From Emiliania huxleyi CCMP1516 (taxonomy: Eukaryota): 64,000 nt of DNA. The DNA is taken from positions 2,766,670-2,830,669 of the forward strand of contig NW_005202428.1 in assembly GCF_000372725.1 (NCBI RefSeq), read 5' to 3'. The notes beneath the pieces are model-generated. The model ran no database searches and was not told where the DNA came from. It saw only the letters and a program-made list of their open reading frames with translations. Of this stretch, positions 22,792 through 32,954 are shown piece after piece. Numbering within the stretch: the stretch's first letter is position 1; every line of letters begins with the position of its first letter. The translations under genes were made by a program, and so were the position numbers.

Positions 22792-23728
22792 TAGAGCTGT
22801 TTAACATTAACTTTGGGCCACAGTTGCGCTAGTGTTGGCTGAAATCCTTTAACCCGTGACGAAAAACGGACGCACACCAAGCGCTAAGCGTGAGGACGCG
22901 ATTTCGAATTCGGAGGTGCATCTGAGCAAAATTGGGCCCGCCCAGGTGTGAAAAAAATTATAAGGGTCATAGTCGCCGATTCGATCCGGAAGCCACTCGA
23001 CCATCGAGAGGCCGACGGCCGAAGTCGGCAAACGTAGATCAAATGGTTAGAGATAGCGTCCACTCAGCGACCGATACCCGTAACACATTACCGAGGGAAT
23101 TAGACACCACAGATACGCACAACCGACGCCCGAAGTGCCAAGAAGGACGTCATTAGTACGAAACCTCAGAAAAGGCCATGGGCGTCGAGAGAACATTCCC
23201 TCGAGAGGACAAAGAAAGGCGACGCACCCCCTCCTTGCGCAGTGTCCCCCGCTATGTGTCGCCAATTGGGGCACGCTATCCTGTGCAGTCAGGGCAAGCG
23301 GGGGCGGGGGGCAGTCCCCCTGGTCTGATACTGGGGTGTGGGTGTCTCCAGTCTCGGAGGGGGGCAAGAAGGTAAGAATATCTAATTGTTGGCTGAAATC
23401 CTTAACGTTGTTCAAGTGTTCACCCCAGCCCAAGCTGTTACTGTTTGTTACTGTTGTTACTGTTGTTCAGCGGTCAGCAAGCAGAAAATGCCAAAAAAAC
23501 CGGGTAAAACCCGAAAATACCTGGGGTTTTTTTCCGGGTATTTTCGGGCACTATAACCGCCGCACTGGACGCTGGAGATCGTCGTAGCTCGTAGGTCACT
23601 GCCAGGCCTTCCTTATTGTTGTTCAGCCGGCCTAACGTTAGCTACTGTTGTTGGGGAGCCCCACTGTTGTTCTGTTGTTACTGTTAACACTAGCAACACT
23701 GTTCAGCTCCCAACGTTAAACAGCTCTA
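22792..23728. mobile_element. hAT-like MITE interrupted by a 537-bp insertion
   Basis: TIR TAGAGCTGTTTAAC / GTTAAACAGCTCTA; imperfect GC-rich TSD; many CTGTT(G/A) subterminal motifs. Confidence 0.75.
22850..23386 (+). mobile_element. Insertion flanked by a 17-bp direct repeat
   Basis: TGTTGGCTGAAATCCTT at 22833-22849 and 23387-23403; 3' part homologous to 6690-6860. Confidence 0.8.
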
Positions 23729-23766
23729 GCGCGCGCCAACTCACAACGTCATCAGGGACAGGCGCG

Positions 23767-24882
23767 TCACTCCGCCCCGCGCCTCGCCCGCCGTCGCACC
23801 AGGAGGTCGTCGGTGGACAGCCCGCCCGGCGGTGGCTCCATGGGCACCTCGCACACCTCCATCACCGGCTCGCACTCGGCGGCGGCTCCGCGCGCCGTGG
23901 CGGCGGGCGGTGGCGACGAGGCGTATGAGAGGATGCAGGTCCAGACAAAGGAGCCGAGGGAGACGTAGGTCACCTGGTGGAGGGGGCGGGAGGAGGGGTG
24001 AGGGGAGGCGGGAGGCCCGGAGCTGTGCGTCCGATCTGCGCCGCCTGCCATTCGTCTGGCACGAGGACAAAGTTGGACAGCTGCAGCGGGAGGAAGAAGG
24101 ACCTGGCAGGGTGCGAGGGGCGGGTGGGAAGGACCGGGCAGGCGGTGTGGGGGATGTGGAGCGGGAAGGGGCGGGGAGGGGTTCGGACCAGCAGCGGAGG
24201 AGGAGCGGCCGGATCTGCGCGCGCGCGTACTCGACCGCCTCGGAGGGAGGGTAGCCTCGCACGGCGGCGACGACGGCGAAAAAGAGCGGAAAGTAGAGGG
24301 CGGGGACCTGGGCGGGGAGGGGCGGACTCGGGTCGTGGCGGGGCGGGAGGGGAGGCGGCGGGGAGACGACGCGCCGCGACGAACTGCATCGTCGCCGTCT
24401 TGACGAGCGCAGCGCCGAGCCGATCCGGCACAGCCGCCTCCTGCGGGTTTGGCGGGTCGGTCGGTGAGAAGGAAGCTGCGCGTCGGCCGCCCACTGCACT
24501 CCTGGGAGACGAGGTGCGCCTGCTGCAGAGCTGCTGCCGCGGCGGCGACCGCCGGGCTCTCGTTTAGCACGTCGAAGAGTGCGCCCTGCACGAGGCCGTA
24601 CGCCCCTCCGAAGGCGCCAAAGCCGAGGTTGCGGCGTGCGTCAAACCACTCGCCCCTGGCCTCGCTGTCGCCCCGCTCCGGTTCACGGGAGGCAACCTGA
24701 GTCACCGCGTCGCCGCTGACGGAGAGCGCCAGCGCGGTCGCACCCTTGGTCGCGAGAGGGTGCGCGACGAGGGCAGCGCCGTATCCCGACACGGCGGCAC
24801 CGAGAGGAGCCGGCAACTCGAGAGGTGAAGGCGCCAGCAGTGAAAGGGTGGCTCCGACATTCACGATGATAAATAACGACAT
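23767..24882 (-). CDS. Mpv17/PMP22 family membrane protein, multi-exon
   Basis: LVAHPLATKGAT...GDAVTQ, DARRNLGF, ALVKTATMQFV, W-SFFLPLQLSNFVLVP, VTYVSLGSFVWTCILSY. Confidence 0.88.
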   Translation of the reverse strand: MSLFIIVNVGATLSLLAPSPLELPAPLGAAVSGYGAALVAHPLATKGATALALSVSGDAVTQVASREPERGDSEARGEWFDARRNLGFGAFGGAYGLVQGALFDVLNESPAVAAAAAALQQAHLVSQECSGRPTRSFLLTDRPAKPAGGGCAGSARRCARQDGDDAVRRGASSPRRLPSRPATTRVRPSPPRSPPSTFRSFSPSSPPCEATLPPRRSSTRARRSGRSSSAAGPNPSPPLPAPHPPHRLPGPSHPPLAPCQVLLPPAAAVQLCPRARRMAGGADRTHSSGPPASPHPSSRPLHQVTYVSLGSFVWTCILSYASSPPPAATARGAAAECEPVMEVCEVPMEPPPGGLSTDDLLVRRRARRGAE

Positions 24883-25195
24883 TCGTTCCTCCTCGCTTTG
24901 CGATGAAGAGCTTCTCGGCGCGAAAGAGCTTCTCGGCGCGATCGCAGTGGCAGCGGCCGGGCGATGGAAGACCAGACCGTTTTGAGTAACCGGAGGCGGA
25001 GGTGGGGCGGAGGGACCGCCTCCGAAGAAGAGACATCAAAAACGACTGCAGAGGCAGTGGGGCGACGCCCGAAAGGCGAGCAAGAGACCGAACCAGACTG
25101 AAGATTCACCCTGAAGGGTGGGGGACGAGGCCGGGCAGTGTACACGCTAGACAGTCGTGTGTGTACGTGACGGGTGGTGTCGTAGTGTCCGTGTC

Positions 25196-25426
25196 CACTA
25201 GCTCCGAGTAGAGGGGGCGTTCTGCAGTTAAGGGGAAACCCGGTACACGGAGCCCTCTCGGAGAACTGTGTTTACTTTAAGGCCCTTGCCCTGCGAACGC
25301 GCACCCCCGGGGCTAGGGCTCTCTAGCCCGTAACCCGATACCGATCATCCGGCCCGCTGGATGCGCTTCTCAGCTCACCGGCCCTGGATGTGAGGTTGCC
25401 GACTGCACTCCAAGTGCTCCAAGTGC
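25196..25426 (+). mobile_element. Repeat family A, complete-looking copy
   Basis: cactagctccgagtag ... gcactccaagtgctccaagtgc. Confidence 0.9.
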
Positions 25427-26370
25427 GGGCCGCCGGTGGCATCTCTTTCCACCCAAGAAGCCCGTTTGGAGGGATGGGCGGCAGTGTGCGGGCGGTGAGT
25501 GCTAGTCCTCTCATCAATTTAGAACAAAACGCCCCCCCCCCCCTCCCTTCCTCCCTCTATCCCTCTTGCTCTCTAGACCTAGACACCGACAGACTGTTCA
25601 CCAACCAATCCTCTACCCCTCCCTCTCTCCCTCCTAGACTCCCTCCACTCGTCCGATCTGGCCTGGCGCGGGAGCGTTTCACGCTTGCAGGCGCACCCGC
25701 GCGCGGGGGCATCTGCGCGCACACGGCGGCTTGCTCAGAGCGTGAGGACACATACGGAGGCGCGGGCGTGCGCGGGGCGGGCGAGGTGACGGGCGTGAAG
25801 CGAAAGCGGGTGAGGTATAATGGGCGTGGCCCGAAGGCGTGACATTGCAACCGCTGCAGCCAGCGGCGTACGCAGAACCTGGGCCCCCACAGGGGGGCAA
25901 AATGTGGAACGTGCCACATGCAAATCCACATGCAACATGTGCATGCGCATGTGCATGTGCATGAGGAGACGATTCAGCGATCCGCCATCTGCATATCATA
26001 CACAACCATATATCGGTCTCTCGTCTCTCTCGCGACTCTCTCGCGCGCGTTCGTCCCCCGAGCCCCGTCCCGTCCACGTCCACCGCAGTGGTCCGCACAC
26101 GACACCCCACACACCAACACCAACGCTCTCTCCATGGCTCTCTCGTCGTGAAAGCGCACTGTCCACGCCGTTTTTTGCCCCTTCCTGTGAATGCGCTATA
26201 ACCGCCTCCTGTGTCGGGTCATGAGTCCCCAGCTAGGCCCCCAGATGCTACGAAAACCCATCACGCTCAGGGCGCACAGCCGCCACACATATCGGATTAA
26301 TCCGATATCGATCGTCGAGGTGCGGCTGAATTTAAGGCCACACGAGCAGCACACGATAAAAGTCTGTGAC

Positions 26371-27556
26371 TCACTGTTCAAAGGAGCCGGTGCAGCCCCA
26401 TAGGTTCGGGAGCCGATAGTCGTGCAGGTGGATCCACGTGTTTGCCGCCAGCTTGACCCCCCTCCCCACCGGCCTCGCCTCGTGGTGCGTGCGCGCGTCT
26501 TGCGTCGTCGGGTCGTCGGCGAGGACCGACGGCCAGACGAGGGCGCGGCCGCGCTTTGGGAGGATGGCGATGGGGGGCGACAGGTCGGTGAAGGCGGTCT
26601 CGCCCCCCGACTCCACGTCAGAGAGGTAGAGAAAGACGGTGAGTACGCGCGGCCCGTGCGGCTCTGCGAAGGTCTGGCCGGGCCGAGGGACATAGTCGTG
26701 GTGGCGGACGTACCGCTGCGACGGGTCGTACCTCAGGACCTGGTACTGCTCGTAGTGCTGCCGGCTGATGCCCGTCAGCGCCTCGATCCGCCCCGACAGC
26801 GCCCGCACGTGCCTGTCCGCCTCGCAGCCCGCCATGCACCACGCGTTGCTCGAGGTGCGGCGCGAGGAGACCTCCTTGGCAACCTCGCCGTCCGCACTCA
26901 CCGTGCCGTCGTCAGTCGAGCGCTCCATCTTGCCCATGGTGGTCGTGACGAGCGCCTGCGCAAGGGGCAGCTAGGAGTGGCACACGCGCCCTCCCGGCCC
27001 GGCTACTCTGCCGCCAGGCTACTCTGCCGCCAGCCTCCATCTGAGCGTCCGATAGAAAGCCGTCAATCGTGACGATCCATGGCCCGTCGGGCGGCCGGCT
27101 GAGCACCTCGACCTGCCCGTCCGCTGTCTGGATCATACGCTCAAACAGCGCATCGAGCCCTCCCTCCGGCAGGCCCGAGGTCTGATTGAACCGGTCGAGG
27201 CGGCACCGCACAGCCGGGTCGAGCATCTCGCAGGCGTTGCACGTCGCTGCGCAGTTCACGAACATCCACCCCGGCGAGTCCTTGCAGCTCGCACGCATCG
27301 AGGCGCAGCGCGCGGGGTCCTTGTCGAAACATGTGGGCACAGGCTTGGCTGCCCGGCTCGGCTCAGACCGGCTCCGCCGGCTCTCGTCGGGCTCGGACCG
27401 GCTCCGCCTCTCGTGGGACGGCGGCACGCGCTCGGTGGCCGCTGTTTCACGCCACAGCACCGCCCAGGCCACCGCTGCAGCAGCCGCTAGCGCGAGCAGC
27501 GAAGCTTTGGTGGACGCGCTGAGGAGCGGGGCTTTTGCTTGCCTTCGGCGAGACAT
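26371..27556 (-). CDS. Prolyl 4-hydroxylase with N-terminal membrane anchor and ShK domain; GC-AG intron at 26956-27034
   Basis: ShK C..CASM..SC...PGWMFVNCAATC.AC; QVLRY...Y..HHDY, RVLTVFLYLSDVESGGET.F, HEARPV..GVKLAANTWIH. Confidence 0.92.
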
Positions 27557-27609
27557 GCGGCGTGTCGACGATGTTTGGCGTGTCGACGATGTTCACGAGG
27601 GACGGTGAT

Positions 27610-27800
27610 GTGGCGAAGCTCACCGCTTCCGCCGGAGCGGCTTCGTGAAGAGGTCGGCGAGGTTGGCGTCACTGCGTACGAAAGGGACGCAGACAGAGGC
27701 GGTGCGCCTCGACCGCCTCGCGGATGTAGAAGTGGCGCCGCTCGATCGACGTGCTTGAGCTTGCCGTGGTGTTCGGGGTTGTAATACAGTTGTAAGCGGA
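27610..27800 (-). mobile_element. Degenerate Ty1/copia pol (RNase H) relic
   Basis: Frameshifted YNPEHHGKLKHVDR/RHFYIRE...NLADLFTKPL, the copia KHIDxRxHFIRE...ADxFTKPL motif. Confidence 0.8.
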
Positions 27801-27941
27801 GGCGATGGCGGCTAAAATGTTCGAGTTTTGGATCGTCGAGTAGTACAGGTATTCCGTGGGGGCTGGGGGCGGGGTGTATTCTCGTAACATGTGCGTATTC
27901 TCGTATCACTGGCTCCGAGTAGAAAAAGAAAGAAAACATGT

Positions 27942-28179
27942 CACTAGCTCCGAGTAGAGGGTAGAGGGGGCGTTCTGCAGTTAAGGGGAAACCCGGTACA
28001 CGGAGCCCTCTCGGAGACCCGTGTTTACTTTACGGCCCTTTCCCTGCGAACGCGCACCCCCGGGGCTAGGGCTCTCTAGCCCGTAACCCGATACCGATCA
28101 TCCGGCCCGCTGGGTGCGCTTCTCAGCTCCCCGGCCCCCCTGGATGTGAGGTTAATGACTGCACTCCAAGTGCTCCAAG
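27942..28179 (+). mobile_element. Repeat family A copy
   Basis: Matches 25196-25426; a partial extra head lies at 27907-27922. Confidence 0.9.
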
Positions 28180-28235
28180 TTTGGCAGGACGTCGAGGAAC
28201 TTAGCTCCACAGAAAAAAAGAGGACGACCGTTTCG

Positions 28236-29445
28236 ATGAGTGGCGACGCGGCGCGCCGCTCCGTCAGCCTGGTTGTGAAGCGCAGGCCACGGCCAGGCAA
28301 GGTGGTGACGACCACCGTCTCGGTGGACCACCGGGTGGTGCTGTTTGTGGCCCTCCTCGCGCTCATCGCCTCCGCTGCCGGCCTATCGGTCTCCACAGAA
28401 AGTACAACGTCTCCACCTACCGAGGTCCGCCGCCTCAAATGGACTCCACGGGCGCCGCGGCGGCTCTCAACTTGCAACTGTGAGTGGACCACCGAATACG
28501 CGTGCCCGGGCAAGACAGCAGGCACCAAGGGCAATGCGAAAGATGACGGCACCGCCTGCTTTCAAGCCTGCTGTCCGGGGGCGAGTGCTGCAGAGCGCAT
28601 CAGGACTCTCCTCACCCAAATGGTACTTGACACGAATCTCGAGGCCTTGCTACCGACGTTACCTGAAGAGGAGCGGAATGCCCGTAAACACGCAAACCAG
28701 CTCATCAACGGTCAGCAAGAGACCGCGAGTGTTCTTCTCGATGCATTTACCCGGCGCCCAGCGAGTCCGGTGGTGACAATTGCTGTCTACTTCACCCAAT
28801 CGACCCAAAGTTTCTCCGATGGAGTTCTCAGGAACAGGAACGGTGGCTTACGAGAACTCTTGTTCTGAAGCGCAGGGCTCATGTCATGAATCAGCAAGAT
28901 TTTCTCGATGGGTTTCCTCGATACAGGATTTTCTCGAGCACGGCGCTGACGACGGCCTATTCCCCGCCTATGGCACCCGTGACAAATCTGAAGAACTCGA
29001 TGACTTTCGGTTGGTCGAGATAGCAAAAGCTATCGGGGAACAGGTCGAGGCCGCGCACGAACTAGCAAGTCAGGCTGCCGATGTGGCTGAATTCTCTGCA
29101 CCGCTTGTTATAGCCTCGGCGGCAGGGTGGGGTGGAGGAACACTGGCCGCTGGCGGCAGTGGGATGACTGGTGGAGTAGCGGCGCTTGGTGGAGTGGCCG
29201 CATTCGCTGTGATCGCCGTCGGAGTAGGTGTATATGGCACCTACAAGATTGCCGACTACATGATTGTTCGTGACGAAGAAAGAGAGGCATTTCAGTGCGA
29301 TTGCGAGTGGACCTTGACTTACGCAGGTCCTCATGCTCCTCAAGCGATCCAGCCGCATACAAGAAAGACCCGACCGCACCGCATTGCCATTGGGCCAAGA
29401 ACGACGGCTCAATGTGCTTTGACTACTGTGTTGTGGGTTTTTTGA
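28236..29445 (+). pseudogene. Hypothetical membrane protein with two Cys-rich repeats and a Gly-rich hydrophobic hairpin; frame changes (introns or decay)
   Basis: TM segment, then CNCEWTTEYAC...AKDDGTACFQACC; later CDCEWTLTY.../SC...WAKNDGSMCFDYC in shifted frames. Confidence 0.45.
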
Positions 29446-30379
29446 GGAGGTGCAGCACGTGGCCAGTGAAATCATTGACCAGCGCGATCTGCTCGTATCG
29501 GAGGTCTACTGTCAGCGATGCTTGCTCAAGGAAACCCTCCGATGCGTCGAGATATGTCCTGCAGAAGCGATCTGGGCAAAATATTATTGCAAATGCTCCG
29601 CGAGCTGTCCTAAAAGAAAGAAAGAAAACAGACAACCCAAAAGGGAGGATCGCGCCGTGGAGCCCTCCCCCTGGGAGCCCTCCCCCTACTGTTTTTATCG
29701 TGCGCTGCTCACTCACTATACACTGAGCCTGGAGAGAGAGTACACCACACACACAAACACTACTCCCCAACACGCGGCCTAGCCAGGCCTGCCTGCTTGC
29801 TGCTACACGATGGCGACGTTCTCAGGGTTCTGTCTGCGTGCTTTTGCTGCCACCCAGCCGGCGAGGCGAGGTGACAGGTGGGCGCGACCGTTGCGCGCTG
29901 CTCGAGTGCGCACGACAAAGCAGCTCTGATGCAGCCATGGTGACCTGCGTGCGCGGGGACGGCAAGGGTCGCGCCGCAGCCCGTGCTCACCGGGGGCTCA
30001 GTCTCGATGGGGAGTGTGTGGGGAGAGAGAGAGCAGCCAGGCCCGCGTACCGGTAATGCGAGACGACATTGACAGTTGGAGCCGCCCGCGGCTTGCAGAG
30101 CGTTTGAAAGTTGTCGGGACGTGCGCATGTCGCGGGCGACGCCCGTCCGCAGCAGACACGTCGTGGTGACGATGATGGCGAGGAGCATCACGGTGGAGAC
30201 GAGCGGCACGGCCCTGCCTGGGCTCGCTCGAGTTTCCGGTCTGGGCATGGGCATGGCTTTTTGGTTTTTCACCCGAGAATTTCTTTGTTCGGCGTTGGCG
30301 TCGCAGTCGAGTTGGCAAAACGGGTCTTTCAGTTTCGATGCTTTGAGTGAGGACGGTCGGGCCTCCGCCTCGACAGGGA

Positions 30380-31093
30380 ATGTGCGGAGGAAGTGACGGC
30401 TCGATGAGCGGCGAGCCGAGCGCCGCGTCGAGCGGCGAGTCAAGCGGCGAGGAGGCTGGCATGCTCCGCGCAGCGATCGTTGCTCGAGCAGCGCTGCCTG
30501 CAGCGCGGCCATTCGAGCTGCTCCGGCTGGCGCTCAAGCGGCAGACCTTCGCGCTGCCGGAGCATGTCGAGGCGATGGCGGGCGGCGACGTGTGCATCGG
30601 CTCGTGGGTGCGGCTGCTGCCCCCGCATCCAGATGCGCATCACACGCTGCAAGATCGCCCCCCGGGTTCCTCCATGGTGCGGGGCAAGCACGAGCCCGGG
30701 GAGTTTGCAGCGCGGCGCATGCTGGATCGCCTTCAGCTGCAGGAGCCTGCAGAGCTGACGACGACGCACGCGCACAAGCTTCTGGAGGTCTTGCCCAATA
30801 CGCTGGCCGAGGAGGCCTACTTACCGCTGCTCGACGTGCACGTGGTGCGGGACCGATGCGCGGCGTGCAGGGACTGCTTGGTGCTCGAGACCACGTTCTT
30901 GCTTGCCTACGACACCGACTTTGAGCCGCTCGATAGCAACGACATGCAAAATCCATGCCGCTCCCACTGCCCGTCAGACCATGCTTTCATGTGCGAGTGC
31001 GCGCGCCAGTGCTGCTCACATTGGGAGTGCAAGTACAGATGTATGGGTAGTGACAGCGACTGTGACAGCGAGTCGGGCGAGGAGAGTGCGTAG
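30380..31093 (+). CDS. Chimeric ORF: duplicated 5' end of the carrier gene fused to an unrelated Cys/His-rich sequence
   Basis: 30361-30545 nearly identical to 31619-31803; the ORF stays open to 31093. Confidence 0.5.
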   Translation: MCGGSDGSMSGEPSAASSGESSGEEAGMLRAAIVARAALPAARPFELLRLALKRQTFALPEHVEAMAGGDVCIGSWVRLLPPHPDAHHTLQDRPPGSSMVRGKHEPGEFAARRMLDRLQLQEPAELTTTHAHKLLEVLPNTLAEEAYLPLLDVHVVRDRCAACRDCLVLETTFLLAYDTDFEPLDSNDMQNPCRSHCPSDHAFMCECARQCCSHWECKYRCMGSDSDCDSESGEESA

Positions 31094-31376
31094 GAGAGAA
31101 CTACTGCTCTGTGTGTGTCTTTACAAATTACTACGTCGTTCAACGTAGAAACTTGTTTCTGTAGTGTAACCCACTCCTAACATTAATTCTTCGCGTGTAC
31201 AGGCTGACCCAGGCTGCTCTGCCCACCCACCCACCCACCCACCATTACGTTGAACCCATGCAGAGCTTTTATTTATTGCAAATGCTCCGGGAGCTGTCCT
31301 AAAGGAAAGAAAGAAAACAGACAACCCAAGGAAAAAACGTCGTGCATTATTTCTTTGGGCGGCGTTGGCGTCGCAG

Positions 31377-31553
31377 GGTTCCGGCTCCTAGCCAGATAGG
31401 GGGTCTGTCCCCACTGAGTCGCGCCAAAACGCCCTACCTACCTACCCACCCACAGGCCGCGCAGCGAAGCGAAAAAAGACGAAAATATGGGGCACCTACC
31501 TATTGCGGGGCCCTCTGGGTGCGAGACCCCCTATCTGGCTAGGAGCCGGAACC
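31377..31553. mobile_element. PIF/Harbinger-like MITE, 177 bp
   Basis: Perfect 30-bp TIR GGTTCCGGCTCCTAGCCAGATAGGGGGTCT; 3-bp TSD CAG; empty paralogous site at 30291-30315. Confidence 0.9.
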
Positions 31554-31637
31554 CAGTCGAGTCGGCACGCTGGGGTCGGGCCTCCGCGTCTCATCCGTGA
31601 AGCGAGCGCACTCTTGCCGCCTCCGCCTCGACAGGGA

Positions 31638-32492
31638 ATGTGCGGAGGAAGTGACGGCTCGATGAGCGGCGAGTCGAGCGCCGCGTCGAGCGGCGAGTCA
31701 AGCGGCGAGGAGGCTGGCATGCTCCGCGCAGCGATCGTTGCTCGAGCAGCGCTGCCTGCAGCGCGGCCATTCGAGCTGCTCCGGCTGGCGCTCAAGCGGC
31801 AGAGCATCTCTTTCTTCCGCCCTCGAGCGCTGAAACCGAGCCTGAGCATGGAGTCGGTGCAGATCCACGGCGCGAGAGGTGCGGTATGGCGTGCCGCGCC
31901 TCTGATTGCGGCCAACACGGTGGCCGGAGGTGTGCTGTTCAAGACGCACGGATTAGTCGCCACGACCCTCGAGGACATGGGAGCTGGCGTGCACGTCGGG
32001 ACGGCGGCACTCGCCGGCGGAGCGGGCGGCGCTGCTCACGCGCTGGTGGTTGTGCCTCTCCAGGCTGCGTTACTGCGGTCAGCCGTGCCTCTCGCGGCCG
32101 CACTACCAGTCGCGTTGGCTCGCGACGCTTTGGGCTTCGCCGGTTTTTTTGCCGGGTGGAGTGGGATGCAGAGCGCTTGCGAAAAGGCGCTCGCCTCTCG
32201 CCCGTCGAGTAGTCGGCCCTTGGAGCTGGCAGCTGCCGTGGCGGCGGGCGGGGTCGCCGGAGGCGCGTACCAGTTTATCGCGCACCCTTTCGAGGGCAAG
32301 GCGTCCCTCGGCGAGGTGCGGCACGCGCTGAAGAGCGGGCTGCAGACGGTGGCCCGCTCTGCCGCAAGCGCTAGCAGGCCTGCGGTCTTGGTTGGGAGTG
32401 CCACCTTTTTCGCGGTAGAGGTGCTGCGCGCTTGGCTCGATGCTTTGGACGGCAGGAAGCGACGAGTCCGGAGGTTCGACAGCTGGGAGTGA
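31638..32492 (+). CDS. Divergent mitochondrial carrier (SLC25-like) protein
   Basis: Three repeats with PFELLR, AGGAGG...VVPLQ and AGGVAGG...AHPFE; also ARDALGFAGFF. Confidence 0.65.
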   Translation: MCGGSDGSMSGESSAASSGESSGEEAGMLRAAIVARAALPAARPFELLRLALKRQSISFFRPRALKPSLSMESVQIHGARGAVWRAAPLIAANTVAGGVLFKTHGLVATTLEDMGAGVHVGTAALAGGAGGAAHALVVVPLQAALLRSAVPLAAALPVALARDALGFAGFFAGWSGMQSACEKALASRPSSSRPLELAAAVAAGGVAGGAYQFIAHPFEGKASLGEVRHALKSGLQTVARSAASASRPAVLVGSATFFAVEVLRAWLDALDGRKRRVRRFDSWE

Positions 32493-32954
32493 GAAAAGAA
32501 AAAGACCGCGTCCGTGTCGACGGATCGGAGGAGCGACCGACGGAGTCTTTGCGACGGTTGGTGTTGAACAACAGTGTTGTCTCACTCTCAGTCTGTAGTC
32601 ACGAGTCTCGACTCTCGCGCCGCGCGGGCTCGGGGTGCCTGCGGCTGCGAGAGACCGGCAGGAGACCGGCGAAAACAAAATGAAACGCCACAATTCGAGG
32701 TCTGCGGAGTCGTCTCTCGTGTTTTAAATATAGCGTCGTGTGTTTGCGATGTGCGCGATCGTTGGGGTGTTCGGCGGTCCACGCAGAGACACGGGCTCGG
32801 GGAACCGCCTGCAACCCTGCTGCAATCTTCGCCCGCCATCACCGAGCGCTCTCCCCTCCTGCGCAGCACGTAAGCTGCAGCGCGACTGCCCGCCCCTCCG
32901 CCGAGCGACAAGCCCGGCGGGGGAGAAAGGAGAGTGATCAGTGATGCCGCCCCG

